The position numbers were made by a program, and so were the translations under genes. From positions 960,001 to 1,024,000 of the forward strand of contig CAVPCT010000003.1 of assembly GCA_963702475.1 (NCBI GenBank): a stretch of DNA of 64,000 nucleotides. The letters are read 5' to 3'. Origin of the DNA: an uncultured Thermoleophilia bacterium (lineage in GTDB: Bacteria; Actinomycetota; Thermoleophilia; UBA2241). The notes beneath the pieces were generated by a model. The model was not told the origin of the DNA. It worked only from the letters and a program-made list of their open reading frames with translations, and searched no databases. This document shows positions 10,529-20,033 of this stretch, one piece after another (position 1 is the first letter of the stretch; every line of letters starts with the position of its first letter).

Positions 10529-10686
10529 CCTCACTCGTCCCAGCTTTAGCACAACACACCGTAGAGGTCAGGGCCTCAGCCGTCTTGGGCAAAACCTTGA
10601 TCCGGTAGTGCCTGTTCTACCCGTTGGCGTCTCTGGACGTTTCCGGGCAACGGCCTCTATGTGTGTCGGAGCCTCACCTAACGAGG
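10529..10686 (-). ncRNA. M-box (ykoK) Mg2+ riboswitch
   Basis: Minus strand reads CUCGUUAGGUGAGGCUCC...UGCCCGGAAACGUCCAGAGACGCCAACGGGUAGAACAG...GUGCUAAAGCU...ACGA, matching the M-box consensus, upstream of Mg-transport genes. Confidence 0.95.
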
Positions 10687-10841
10687 AACGCGCCGTACTT
10701 GACGCTCGCGAAACGTATCTCCGCGCGCGTGGGACTGTCAAGGCGGCCTCGGTGGTATACTCCGGACTGCAGCGGGCCGGCGCCGTCACAAGGCGCCGGC
10801 TTTCGCGCGAGGGGACAGCGAAAGCGACGCCGAGCACCCAC

Positions 10842-11807
10842 GTGATCATCACCGTCACACCCAACGCAGCCGTTGACAAGACGCTCACGGTGCACAACTT
10901 CCAGACGGGCTTCCGCCATCGCGCCAGCGAGGGTCTCACGCTTCCGGGCGGCAAGGGCGTCAACATCGCCCGCGCCCTCAAGGCGTTGGGCCAGCCGGTC
11001 ATCGTTACCGGCCTTGTGGGAGGCCGCGCGGGCCAGCTCATCGTTGAGGGTCTGCAGCGGGAGAACATCCTCAACGACTTCGTCCACATCAGCGGCGAGA
11101 GCCGTACCTCCACGGCCGTCGTCGACCCCACCACCATGACCCAGACCGAGGTCATCGAGTACGGTCCGGTGGTCACGCCGCAGGAGGTCGAGGCCTTCCT
11201 CGACAAGATCGAGTACCTGGCCAAGGGCGCCCGTTTCCTCGTCCTCGCCGGCTCGCTGCCGCGCAAGATGGAAGAGGACTTCTACGCCGCGGTCATGCAG
11301 CGGGTGCGCCGCTTCCGCTGCTACGTGGTGCTCGACAGCGCGGCGGTACCGCTGCGCCTGGGCATCAAGGGCCGGCCGCACCTCGTGGTGCCGAACGTCC
11401 GCGAGGCCGAGGACCTCGTCGGGCACGAGTTCCACGACGACCAGGACCTGGTCGACGCCACCGGCATCATCTGCGACATGGGCGCGCGCAACGCCATCAT
11501 CAAGACGTCGCACGGCTGTGTCGCCCGCTTCCACGTGGGCCGCCGGCAGCGCGTGTTCCGCGCCTCGATCCAGCTGCTTGAGGCGGTCATCAGCACGGTC
11601 GGCTCCGGCGACGCCTTCCTCGCGGGGTTCGTCAGCGCCCGCTTCCAGAAGCTGGAGCTGCCCGAATGTCTGCGCCAGGGGCTGGCGGCCGGCGCCGCCA
11701 ACACGCAGCGCTACGGCGCCGGCATCCTCGACCCCGACCTGTTCGCCGCCCTGCTCGACACCACCGATGTGGTGGAGGCGGGCGGCGCGGGGCACGCAGC
11801 GGGCTGA
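10842..11807 (+). CDS. 1-phosphofructokinase-family (PfkB) hexose kinase
   Basis: TVTPNAAVD, GGKGVNIAR, GSLP, STVGSGDAFLAG. TGGTATACT promoter-like element at ~10753-10761. Confidence 0.9.
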   Translation: MIITVTPNAAVDKTLTVHNFQTGFRHRASEGLTLPGGKGVNIARALKALGQPVIVTGLVGGRAGQLIVEGLQRENILNDFVHISGESRTSTAVVDPTTMTQTEVIEYGPVVTPQEVEAFLDKIEYLAKGARFLVLAGSLPRKMEEDFYAAVMQRVRRFRCYVVLDSAAVPLRLGIKGRPHLVVPNVREAEDLVGHEFHDDQDLVDATGIICDMGARNAIIKTSHGCVARFHVGRRQRVFRASIQLLEAVISTVGSGDAFLAGFVSARFQKLELPECLRQGLAAGAANTQRYGAGILDPDLFAALLDTTDVVEAGGAGHAAG

Positions 11808-11998
11808 TCGCTGCGGCGGGCGCCAGCGCCCCTTGCGGCCCTGCGATTCTCTCCTTCCGTCCGGCCGCAGAACGCGCGACCCTAAAGAGGCGGGCCAAGA
11901 CTGTCGACAAACCTCCCTGAGGCCGGCGGGCGCACAGGACCCGCGGGTCGCACGCCGAGGGCGGGGAGGAAGACGGCATCGACGAGCTGGCCAGCATC

Positions 11999-13360
11999 GT
12001 GCTGCAGCACGTCCAGACCGCGGCCATGGCCGTGGACGACGACGGCCGCGTGGGGGTCTTCAACCCCGCGGCCGCGCGCGTGCTCGGCGTCCAGGCCCGG
12101 GCGGTCGCCGGTCGCCGGCTCGACGAGCTCGCCGATCCGCCGGCTCTGGCCGCGCTCGTCGGCGTGCTCGCGGAAGCGCGACGCAGCGGTGCCGAGGCGG
12201 CGCGCCGGCAGGTCGTGGTCAGCTCCGACGGCGGCGGGCAGACCCTCGGCTACACTGTCAGCATCCTGGGCGACGGCGGGGCCGCCGCCCTCTTCTTCGC
12301 CGACCTCACCGACGCTTTGGCCGAGGAGCGCCGCCTCGCCGAGGCGCAGCGGTTCGCGGAGGTCGGGCGCATCGCCAGCGCCATGACGCACGAGCTCAAG
12401 TCACCGCTGGCCACGGTCGAGCTCTACGCGAACCTGCTCCTGCGGCGTCAGGGCGACGACGACGTCACCAGGGAGCGGCTGGGCGTGATCAAGGACCAGA
12501 CGCGCCAGTGCCTGGACCGCCTCAAGGCGATCATGCACTCCATCAACCCGGAGGCGGCCGCGCGCGCCGAGGGCACGGTGCTCACCTCGCTGGGCCCGCT
12601 CGTGCGCGATGTGGCGGAGCAGCAGCGCCGCCGGTTCGACGGCGCCGAGATCAGGGTGAGGCTGACGAGAGACGAGCCGCGCGTCGCCCTGCGTGAGGCC
12701 GACTGCCGCTCCGTCGTCACGAACCTCGTGACCAACGCGCTCGAGGTCACGGGTGGGAAGGGGCCTCTCGATGTGAGTCTCCGCCGCGAGAACGGTCTCG
12801 TGGCGCTGCGCGTGGCCGACCGCGGCCCCGGTCTGCCGTCCGGCGACGTGTTCGCCGCGTTCTTCAGCACCAAGGCCAGCGGCACCGGCCTCGGTCTGTG
12901 GCTCGTACGCAGTCTCGTCGAGGCGGCCGGCGGCACCATCCGCGCCGGCGACAGGCGCGGGGGTGGGGCGGAGTTCGTCGTGACGCTGCCCGTCCCCGAC
13001 CGCGCCCGGCTCTCCGGGGCCGGCGTGCTCGTGGTGGAGGACGACCCCGTGCTTCGTGAGGCGGAGGCAGAAGCGCTCGTCTCGTCCGGGGCCGTGGTGA
13101 CGGCCGTCGGCTCGGGCCGGGACGTCCCCAGACGCGGCGCCTGGCAGTGCGCCGTGCTCGATTTCCAGCTGCCGGGTCAGTCCGGCGTGGACATAGCGAA
13201 GAACCTGCCCGTCGGCGTCCCCGTGCTGCTGGCCAGCGGGTTCCAGGGCGCAGGCGGCGCGCTCGCCGAAGTCCGTGGACGGCAGGCGTGGTACCTGCCC
13301 AAACCCTTCGAGGTCGGGACCTTCCTGGACCTCGTCTCACTCCTGGTGGTGGCTCAATGA
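11999..13360 (+). CDS. Cytoplasmic hybrid sensor kinase (PAS-HisKA-HATPase-receiver). True start uncertain
   Basis: FNPAAARVLG (PAS), THELKSPL, NLVTNA, DRGPG, GTGLGL, receiver VVEDD...LDFQLP...KPF. Confidence 0.85.
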   Translation: MLQHVQTAAMAVDDDGRVGVFNPAAARVLGVQARAVAGRRLDELADPPALAALVGVLAEARRSGAEAARRQVVVSSDGGGQTLGYTVSILGDGGAAALFFADLTDALAEERRLAEAQRFAEVGRIASAMTHELKSPLATVELYANLLLRRQGDDDVTRERLGVIKDQTRQCLDRLKAIMHSINPEAAARAEGTVLTSLGPLVRDVAEQQRRRFDGAEIRVRLTRDEPRVALREADCRSVVTNLVTNALEVTGGKGPLDVSLRRENGLVALRVADRGPGLPSGDVFAAFFSTKASGTGLGLWLVRSLVEAAGGTIRAGDRRGGGAEFVVTLPVPDRARLSGAGVLVVEDDPVLREAEAEALVSSGAVVTAVGSGRDVPRRGAWQCAVLDFQLPGQSGVDIAKNLPVGVPVLLASGFQGAGGALAEVRGRQAWYLPKPFEVGTFLDLVSLLVVAQ

Positions 13361-14019
13361 CAGACAAGGGACGCGTCATCATCGCGGACGACCACGGTCT
13401 CTTCAGGCAGGGGCTCAGGCAGCTGCTTGAGGCCGAAGGGTACGAAGTGGCGGCCGAGGCGGCCAGCGGCGACAAGGCCATCGCCAGCGTGGGCGAGAAC
13501 CCGGGGTGCGTGCTGCTCCTCGACATCTCGATGCCGGGCATGAGCGGCCTGGACGTCGCCCGCCGGCTCAGCGAGCGGGGCGACGACGTCAAGGTCATCA
13601 TCCTGAGCGCGCGCGAGGATCGGGACGCGCTCTTCAGCGCGATCTCCGCCGGCGCGCGAGGCTACGTCGCCAAGGACGCCGAGCCCGAGCAGCTGTTCGG
13701 GGCGATCGACCTCGTGGTCAAGGGCGGCACCGTGCTCAGCACCGGCGTGGCCGCCAACCTCGGCGAGGGCATCCGCCAACTCGACTACGCGCCGGGCGCC
13801 TACGAGCAGCGCCGCCTCGAGCTCACCGACCGCGAGCTCGAGATCCTGCGCCTCCTGGCCACGCCGCGCTCCCCGGCGCAGATCGCCTCCGAGCTCTTCC
13901 TGAGCAAGAAGACCGTGCAGAACCACATCTCGGCGATCTACCGCAAGCTCGGCGTGCGCAGCCGGGCCGAGGCCATCGTCAAGGGCATGGATCTGCACCT
14001 GATCGACGCGCGCGCCTGA
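13357..14019 (+). CDS. NarL/FixJ-family response regulator
   Basis: IADDH, LDISMP, LuxR HTH LTDRELEIL...KTVQNH. ATGA overlap with the kinase. Confidence 0.92.
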   Translation: MTDKGRVIIADDHGLFRQGLRQLLEAEGYEVAAEAASGDKAIASVGENPGCVLLLDISMPGMSGLDVARRLSERGDDVKVIILSAREDRDALFSAISAGARGYVAKDAEPEQLFGAIDLVVKGGTVLSTGVAANLGEGIRQLDYAPGAYEQRRLELTDRELEILRLLATPRSPAQIASELFLSKKTVQNHISAIYRKLGVRSRAEAIVKGMDLHLIDARA

Positions 14020-14199
14020 CGCGTCGAATCCCGTGCCACGGCCGGCCGGTCCCTGCGGGGCGGCCGGCCGTTCCGCTCTTCAGACCGGTGATCAGGGGCG
14101 GCGGGCGGCCCATGCGGCCTCCCGCCGCCCCTGCCTTCGGGGAGCCTCGCGCATCGCCCTTCCCGTGCGCCTCATCGTGTTGCGCCACCCAGAGCCCGC

Positions 14200-14298
14200 T
14201 GGTACAGTCCTAGGACGTTGACACGAGAGACGGCAGCCCACACAACACTCCACCAGCGCCCAGAGACCCCGGTACGTCCGTGCCCGGGTCTTTTGTGT
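14200..14298 (+). promoter_or_regulatory. Extended -10 promoter plus leader terminator/antiterminator upstream of guaB3-guaA
   Basis: TGgTACAGT at 14200-14208. Hairpin 14262-14293 followed by TTTTGTGT. 14221-14231 is complementary to 14288-14298. Confidence 0.6.
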
Positions 14299-14348
14299 AT
14301 CCGGAGTCAGAGTCGCAGCACGCGCCCCGCGCCCCCGAGGAGGACGCC

Positions 14349-15506
14349 ATGGAAGTAGAGATCGGCCGCGGCAAGAAGGGCCGCCGCGCCTACGGGTTCG
14401 ACGACATCGCCATCGTCCCCAGCCGTCGCACGCGCGACGCCGAGGACGTCGACATCACCTGGAAGCTCGGGCCGCACACGCTTGAGCTCCCGTGCCTCGC
14501 CTCCGCCATGGACGGCGTGGTCGACCCGAAGTTCGCCGTCGCCATGGGCAAGCTCGGCGGCTTGGCCGTGCTCAACCTCGAGGGCGTGCAGACGCGCTAC
14601 GAGAACGCCGACGAGCAGCTCGACCGCATCGCCGCGCTCCCCAAGGAGACCGCCACCCGCACGATGCAGCAGATCTATAAGGAGCCCATCAAGGCCGAGC
14701 TGGTCGCGAAGCGCGTCAAAGAGATCAAGGACGCCGGCGTGCTGGCGGCAGCCTCCCTCACGCCGCAGCGCGTGCAGGAGTACTACCAGGTCGCGCTCGA
14801 CGCCGGCCTGGACGTGCTCGTCATCCAGGGCACCGTGGTCTCGGCCGAGCACGTGAGCAGCAAGGTCGAGCCGCTCGACCTCAGGGCCTTCATCGCCGGC
14901 TGCCCGGTGCCGGTCATCGTGGGCGGCGTGGCCTCCTACTCCACCACGCTGCACCTCATGCGCACCGGCGCCGTCGGCGTGCTCGTGGGCGTCGGCCCGG
15001 GCCACGCCTGCACCACGCGCGGCGTGCTCGGCATCGGCGTGCCGCAGGCCACGGCCATCGCCGACGCCGCGGCGGCGCGCGTGCAGCACCTGCTCGAGAC
15101 CGGGCAGTACTGCAACGTCATCGCCGACGGCGGCATGCGCACCGGCGGCGACGTGAGCAAGGCCATCGCCCTCGGCGCCGACGCCGTCATGATCGGCTCG
15201 CCGCTGGCCGCGGCAAGCGAGGCTCCCGGCCGCGGCTACCACTGGGGCATGGCCACCTTCCACCCCGAGCTGCCGCGCGGCACGCGCGTCAAGGCGGGCG
15301 AGAAGGGCACGCTCGCGGAGATCCTCCTCGGCCCCGCACACGAGAACGACGGCACGCTCAACCTGTTCGGCGCGCTTCGCACGAGCATGGCCACCTGCGG
15401 CTACGAGACCCTGCACTCGTTCCAGAAGGCCGAGGTCATGGTCGCGCCGGCGCTCATGACCGAAGGCAAGAAGCTGCAGAAGGAGCAAGACGTCGGGATG
15501 GGCTGA
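14349..15506 (+). CDS. guaB3: IMP dehydrogenase family protein, GuaB3 type
   Basis: MEVEIGRGK...YGFDDIAIVP, GPGHACTTR, IADGG, no CBS domains. Confidence 0.9.
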   Translation: MEVEIGRGKKGRRAYGFDDIAIVPSRRTRDAEDVDITWKLGPHTLELPCLASAMDGVVDPKFAVAMGKLGGLAVLNLEGVQTRYENADEQLDRIAALPKETATRTMQQIYKEPIKAELVAKRVKEIKDAGVLAAASLTPQRVQEYYQVALDAGLDVLVIQGTVVSAEHVSSKVEPLDLRAFIAGCPVPVIVGGVASYSTTLHLMRTGAVGVLVGVGPGHACTTRGVLGIGVPQATAIADAAAARVQHLLETGQYCNVIADGGMRTGGDVSKAIALGADAVMIGSPLAAASEAPGRGYHWGMATFHPELPRGTRVKAGEKGTLAEILLGPAHENDGTLNLFGALRTSMATCGYETLHSFQKAEVMVAPALMTEGKKLQKEQDVGMG

Positions 15507-15598
15507 GACCGGTCCCGCGCACACGCTGAGGTCGACGGGAGGGGCTGAGGAGGCCGGCGGCCGCCTCAGCCCCGCGTCGTGAGGGAAGGGAGACCAGA

Positions 15599-17155
15599 GT
15601 GGCCCAGGGTACGCCTGAGGTGAAGGGCTTCGACACCGTCCTCGTGCTGGACTTCGGGGCGCAGTACGGGCAGCTCATCGCCCGGCGCGTGCGCGAGTGT
15701 CGCGTGTACTCGGAGCTGATCCCGTACGACACGCCCATCGAGCGCATCCGCGAGTACGCGCCCAAGGGCATCATCCTGTCGGGTGGTCCCATGAGCGTCT
15801 ACGTGGACGACGCACCCAAAGTGGACCCCGAGCTCTTCAAGCTGGGGATCCCTGTGCTCGGCATCTGCTACGGCGCCCAGGCCATCGCCCTCGGGCTCGG
15901 CGGCACCGTCACGCGTACGGGGCTGAGCGAGTTCGGCAAGACCACGCTCAGCGTCATCAAGCCGGGCCTCATCCTCGAGGGTCTGCGCGGCGAGGAGCAG
16001 TGCTGGATGAGCCACCGCGACAGCATCACCGAGCCGCCGCCCGGCTTCGAGGTGCTGGCGGCCAGTGGCGGCGCTCCCGTGGCCGCGATGGAGGCGCCGT
16101 TGCGCGGCTTCTACGCCGTCCAGTTCCACCCCGAGGTGGTCCACACGCCCAAGGGCATGGACGTCCTGCGCAACTTCCTGTACAGGGCCTGCCGGTGTGC
16201 TCCCACGTTCACGCCCGTCTCCATCATCGAGGAGTCCATCCGCGAGATCCGCGCGCGGGTCGGTGAGAACAAGGCCATCCTCGGTCTCTCCGGCGGGGTC
16301 GACTCGTCGGTGGCCGCGCTGCTCATGCACAAGGCCATCGGCGACCGCCTCACCTGCGTCTTCGTCGACCAGGGCATGATGCGCATGCGCGAGGCGGATC
16401 GCGTCGTCGAGACCTTCTCGGGCACCTTCGGCATCCCGCTCGTGGCCGTCGACGCCAGCGACCGCTTTCTCGGCAAGCTCGAGGGCGTCACCGAGCCTGA
16501 GCGCAAGCGCAAGATCATCGGCGAGGAGTTCATCCGCTGCTTCGAGGAGGAGGCGCGCAAGCTCACCGACGCGAAGTTCCTCGTCCAAGGGACGCTCTAC
16601 AGCGACGTCATCGAGAGCGGCACGCGTCAGGCCGCCAAGATCAAGAGCCACCACAACGTGGGCGGCCTCCCCGAGAAGATGGACTTCGAGCTCGTCGAGC
16701 CGCTTCGGTGGCTCTTCAAGGACGAGGTCCGCGCCGTGGGCGAGGAGCTGGGGCTGCCGGAGCACATCGTCTGGCGGCAGCCGTTCCCCGGCCCGGGGCT
16801 GGCCATCCGCATCATCGGCGAGATCACCCGCGAGCGCGTGGACGTGCTGCAGCGCGCCGACGCCATCGTGCAGGAGGAGATCCGCAAGGCCGGGCTGTAC
16901 CGGGAGCTGTGGCAGTGCTTCGCCATCCTGCCTGTGATCCGCAGCGTCGGCGTGCAGGGCGACGAGCGCACCTACGGCTACCCCATCGCCATCCGTGCCG
17001 TCACGAGCGACGACGCCATGACTGCCGACTGGGCGCGGCTGCCCTACGACCTGCTGGAGACGCTCGCCTCGCGCATCATCAACGAGGTGCCCGAGGTCAA
17101 CCGCGTGGTCTACGACGTCTCGAGCAAGCCGCCGAGCACCATCGAGTGGGAGTAA
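15599..17155 (+). CDS. guaA: GMP synthase (glutamine-hydrolysing)
   Basis: [33 protein letters not shown]. Confidence 0.98.
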   Translation: MAQGTPEVKGFDTVLVLDFGAQYGQLIARRVRECRVYSELIPYDTPIERIREYAPKGIILSGGPMSVYVDDAPKVDPELFKLGIPVLGICYGAQAIALGLGGTVTRTGLSEFGKTTLSVIKPGLILEGLRGEEQCWMSHRDSITEPPPGFEVLAASGGAPVAAMEAPLRGFYAVQFHPEVVHTPKGMDVLRNFLYRACRCAPTFTPVSIIEESIREIRARVGENKAILGLSGGVDSSVAALLMHKAIGDRLTCVFVDQGMMRMREADRVVETFSGTFGIPLVAVDASDRFLGKLEGVTEPERKRKIIGEEFIRCFEEEARKLTDAKFLVQGTLYSDVIESGTRQAAKIKSHHNVGGLPEKMDFELVEPLRWLFKDEVRAVGEELGLPEHIVWRQPFPGPGLAIRIIGEITRERVDVLQRADAIVQEEIRKAGLYRELWQCFAILPVIRSVGVQGDERTYGYPIAIRAVTSDDAMTADWARLPYDLLETLASRIINEVPEVNRVVYDVSSKPPSTIEWE

Positions 17156-17167
17156 GCTGGTCTGAAG

Positions 17168-17202
17168 GCAGGGCTCACCCTTGACTCGAGGGTGAGCCCT
17201 GC
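17168..17202. terminator. Hairpin at the convergence of guaA and the membrane protein gene
   Basis: GCAGGGCTCACCCT...AGGGTGAGCCCTGC inverted repeat. Confidence 0.7.
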
Positions 17203-17981
17203 TCGTCGGCCGCCTGTTCCTCGGCCTTCATGAGCTTCAGGCGGCCGGACTCGACCGCGTCCCGATACAGCACCACGAGGACCACGTCGGCGACGAAGAC
17301 CACCGCCCCCATGAGGACGCACTGGACGAGCAGCATGGGCAGCGCGCGCGTCAGGCCGGAGATCACGTTCTCACCCAGCAGTCCGGCTGAGAGCTGCCCG
17401 ACCAGCGTGACGAACAGAAGGAGTCCGGCCGAGAGCAGGAGGTTCAGCCGGACCATGCGCCACGAGAGCAGGACCCCCCGCAGCGGTCCCACGCCCCCCA
17501 GGACGATGATGTAGTCGGCGTACAGGACGACGAAGTAGATCACCAGCTGGCCGAAGACCACCAGGTTCGCGGCGAGCGCGTCCTCGCCCGCGGCGACGAG
17601 GCCCCACACGCCGAGTGCACTCACGACCTCGAGGAACACCTGGAACCCGAGCAGGTTGGCGAACTGGCGACCGCCCGCAGGGCGGAAGTGCACCGGTCCC
17701 ACCAGAGAACGGATGTAGCCGGCACGCAGCCACGTGAGCGCTACGACGTACACGACCCAAACGGAGCCGATGACCACGCTGCGCGCCGCGACGGAATCGG
17801 CGAGGGGCCCCCAGGTGTTGTACATGAGCTCGGAGAAGGGTCCTCCGCGGTGCAACCAGGCGGAGAAGACCGGCACGCCGACATCGAGGGCGAACAGCCC
17901 GATGGAGAAGAAGACGACGTACTCGCGCGCCCTGAGGACCGCGGTCACGCGCTGGACGAGCGTAGGCCGCGTGGCGTTCAT
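17175..17981 (-). CDS. Hypothetical integral membrane protein
   Basis: About six hydrophobic helices. TATACT 8 nt before the ATG (leaderless-type start). Confidence 0.7.
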   Translation of the reverse strand: MNATRPTLVQRVTAVLRAREYVVFFSIGLFALDVGVPVFSAWLHRGGPFSELMYNTWGPLADSVAARSVVIGSVWVVYVVALTWLRAGYIRSLVGPVHFRPAGGRQFANLLGFQVFLEVVSALGVWGLVAAGEDALAANLVVFGQLVIYFVVLYADYIIVLGGVGPLRGVLLSWRMVRLNLLLSAGLLLFVTLVGQLSAGLLGENVISGLTRALPMLLVQCVLMGAVVFVADVVLVVLYRDAVESGRLKLMKAEEQAADEQGSPSSQG

Positions 17982-18039
17982 GGTCGGGGAGTATACCTCG
18001 CCGGGTCGCGTCCGCGTCGGGCGCGGGTATCATGGAGCC

Positions 18040-18771
18040 ATGAGACTCCCGCGCGCGGTCCTGGTCTTCCTCGCGCTCAGCTGGGCTCTCGTGGCGCTCT
18101 ACCCGGATCCCACGGTGCTCGTGCGCAGCGTCCGCAACACCGTCGCGCCGCGGCCCGATCCTGTCGCGGCGCGGGCCGTCGCCGCCGGCCTGCCTGACGA
18201 TCCGAAGGCGATAGAGGCCTACGTGCTCGATCGCCAGGTCCCCTACGCGTACGACTGGGAGTCGGCCGGTGTGCCCTGGTACTTCCCCACGGCGGCCGAG
18301 GCGCTCGCGGACGGGCGCGGCGACTGCGAGAGCCGCGCCCTCGCGCTGGCGAGCATCCTCACGGCCAAAGGTATCCCCAACAGCCTGCGCGTGAGCTTCG
18401 ACCACATCTGGGTGGACTACCCGGGCAAGCAGGCCAACGCCCTCGAGAACCCCGGACTGGAGCTGGCCGGCACGAGGGATGGCCGCTTCTTCATCCGCTG
18501 GCCCGGCGACTTCGACCTGGGCAGGGAGGTCGGCGACAACATCGCCATCTTCTGGACGCCGGCGCCCCTGGGTAGCTTGCTGCTCCTATTCGGCGGCCTG
18601 CTCGTCATCATGTCCGGCAACGTACTGGCGTCGCTGGCTGCCGGCGGCGGGCTCGTCCCGGGGCGCGGCCCGGAGGGTCGCGCCCTGCAGCCCGCAGCCG
18701 GCCGGCGAGAGCGCCGCCGGCTCAAGCGGCGGCGCCTGCGGCGGCTGGCCGCGGGCCCGCAGCGGGTGTAG
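18040..18771 (+). CDS. Membrane-anchored transglutaminase-like cysteine-protease-fold protein
   Basis: GRGDCESRA and DHIWVD triad-like motifs, N- and C-terminal TMs. TATCAT 6 nt before the ATG. Confidence 0.75.
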   Translation: MRLPRAVLVFLALSWALVALYPDPTVLVRSVRNTVAPRPDPVAARAVAAGLPDDPKAIEAYVLDRQVPYAYDWESAGVPWYFPTAAEALADGRGDCESRALALASILTAKGIPNSLRVSFDHIWVDYPGKQANALENPGLELAGTRDGRFFIRWPGDFDLGREVGDNIAIFWTPAPLGSLLLLFGGLLVIMSGNVLASLAAGGGLVPGRGPEGRALQPAAGRRERRRLKRRRLRRLAAGPQRV

Positions 18772-18857
18772 CCTCACCACGCCCGGCGCCCGCGCCGTTC
18801 GCGACCAGGCTCAGCCACGCATCGGCCGCCGGCCCCCGGGGCCGCAAGGAAGGTGAC

Positions 18858-19895
18858 ATGAAGACCATCGACCTGCGCAGCGACACCGTCACGCGTCCGT
18901 CCCCCGAGATGAAGCAGGCCATGATGACGGCCGAGGTGGACGACGACGTCCTCGGCCACGACCCCACCGTCTTGGCGCTCGAGGAGTATGCGGCGGAGCT
19001 CCTCGGCAAGCAGACCGGCCTCTTCTTCCCTTCGGGGACCATGTGCAACCAGGCCGCCATCCGCGCGCTCACGCGGCGCGGCGACGAGGTCTTCCTGCAC
19101 GCCCAGGCGCACATCCAGTTCTACGAGCAAGGTGCCGCCTCGGCCCTGAGTCAGGTCCAGGTGCGGGTCTTCGATTCATCGGACGGCACGCTCGACCTGG
19201 AGAAGATGGAGGAGTACGTCCACACCGACGCCGACATCCACTGGGCGCCCACGCGGCTCGTCTGCCTCGAGCAGACCCACAACCACTGCGGCGGGGTGGT
19301 GCTGCCGATGGACCACATGCTGGCCGTGCGCGAGCTCTGCGACCGGCACGGCCTCAGGATGCACCTGGACGGCGCCCGCCTGTTCAATGCGGTGGCCGTC
19401 ACCGGTATCTCCGCGGCGGAGTACGCGGCGCTGTTCGACACGGTGAGCATCTGTCTGTCCAAGGGGCTCGGCGCCCCCATCGGCTCCGTGCTGGTGGGCG
19501 ATGACGACACCATGCGCCTGGCCCTGCGCGCCCGCAAGATCTACGGCGGAGGCATGCGACAGGCCGGCATCATCGCCGCGGGCGGCCTCTTCGCGCTGCA
19601 GCACAACGTCGCGCGACTGGCCGATGACCACCGCCGCGCTCGCCGTCTCGCCGAGGGCCTTGCGCAGGTACCCGGCCTCGAAGTTGACCTCGCGAAGGCG
19701 CAGACCAACATGGTGTTCGCCGGCACCCGCGGTACCGGCAGGAGGGCCGCGGACGTCGTCGCGCGGCTCGGCGAGCACGGCATCCAGTGCCTCGACGAGG
19801 GCCCGTGGTCGGTCCGCTTCGTCACGCACCTCGACCTGGACGACGCGGACATCGAGGCCACCCTGGCCGGCGTGGCCGAGGTGCTCTGCGGATGA
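18858..19895 (+). CDS. ltaE: Low-specificity L-threonine aldolase
   Basis: DLRSDTVT, SGTMCNQ, HLDGARLFNA, CLSKGLGAP. Confidence 0.93.
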   Translation: MKTIDLRSDTVTRPSPEMKQAMMTAEVDDDVLGHDPTVLALEEYAAELLGKQTGLFFPSGTMCNQAAIRALTRRGDEVFLHAQAHIQFYEQGAASALSQVQVRVFDSSDGTLDLEKMEEYVHTDADIHWAPTRLVCLEQTHNHCGGVVLPMDHMLAVRELCDRHGLRMHLDGARLFNAVAVTGISAAEYAALFDTVSICLSKGLGAPIGSVLVGDDDTMRLALRARKIYGGGMRQAGIIAAGGLFALQHNVARLADDHRRARRLAEGLAQVPGLEVDLAKAQTNMVFAGTRGTGRRAADVVARLGEHGIQCLDEGPWSVRFVTHLDLDDADIEATLAGVAEVLCG

Positions 19896-19921
19896 CGTCC
19901 TCCCCGCGGGTGGGCGCCCGG

Positions 19922-19967
19922 GACGAAGCGGGCGGGTGACGAGCTCTCGTCACCCGCCCGCTTCGTC
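19922..19967. terminator. Perfect inverted repeat (~22-bp arms), bidirectional terminator candidate
   Basis: GACGAAGCGGGCGGGTGACGAG / CTCGTCACCCGCCCGCTTCGTC between convergent genes. Confidence 0.75.
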
Positions 19968-20033
19968 AGTCGTTCCGCCAGCGCGCGATGCTCTCGGCCC
20001 GCCGGCGTCTCGGCCCGCCGGCGTGTCCGTTCA

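Noticed and set aside
11918-11920. Selenocysteine/readthrough TGA upstream of the kinase
   Set aside because: The upstream frame overlaps pfkB, is not protein-like, and shows no SECIS or redox motif.
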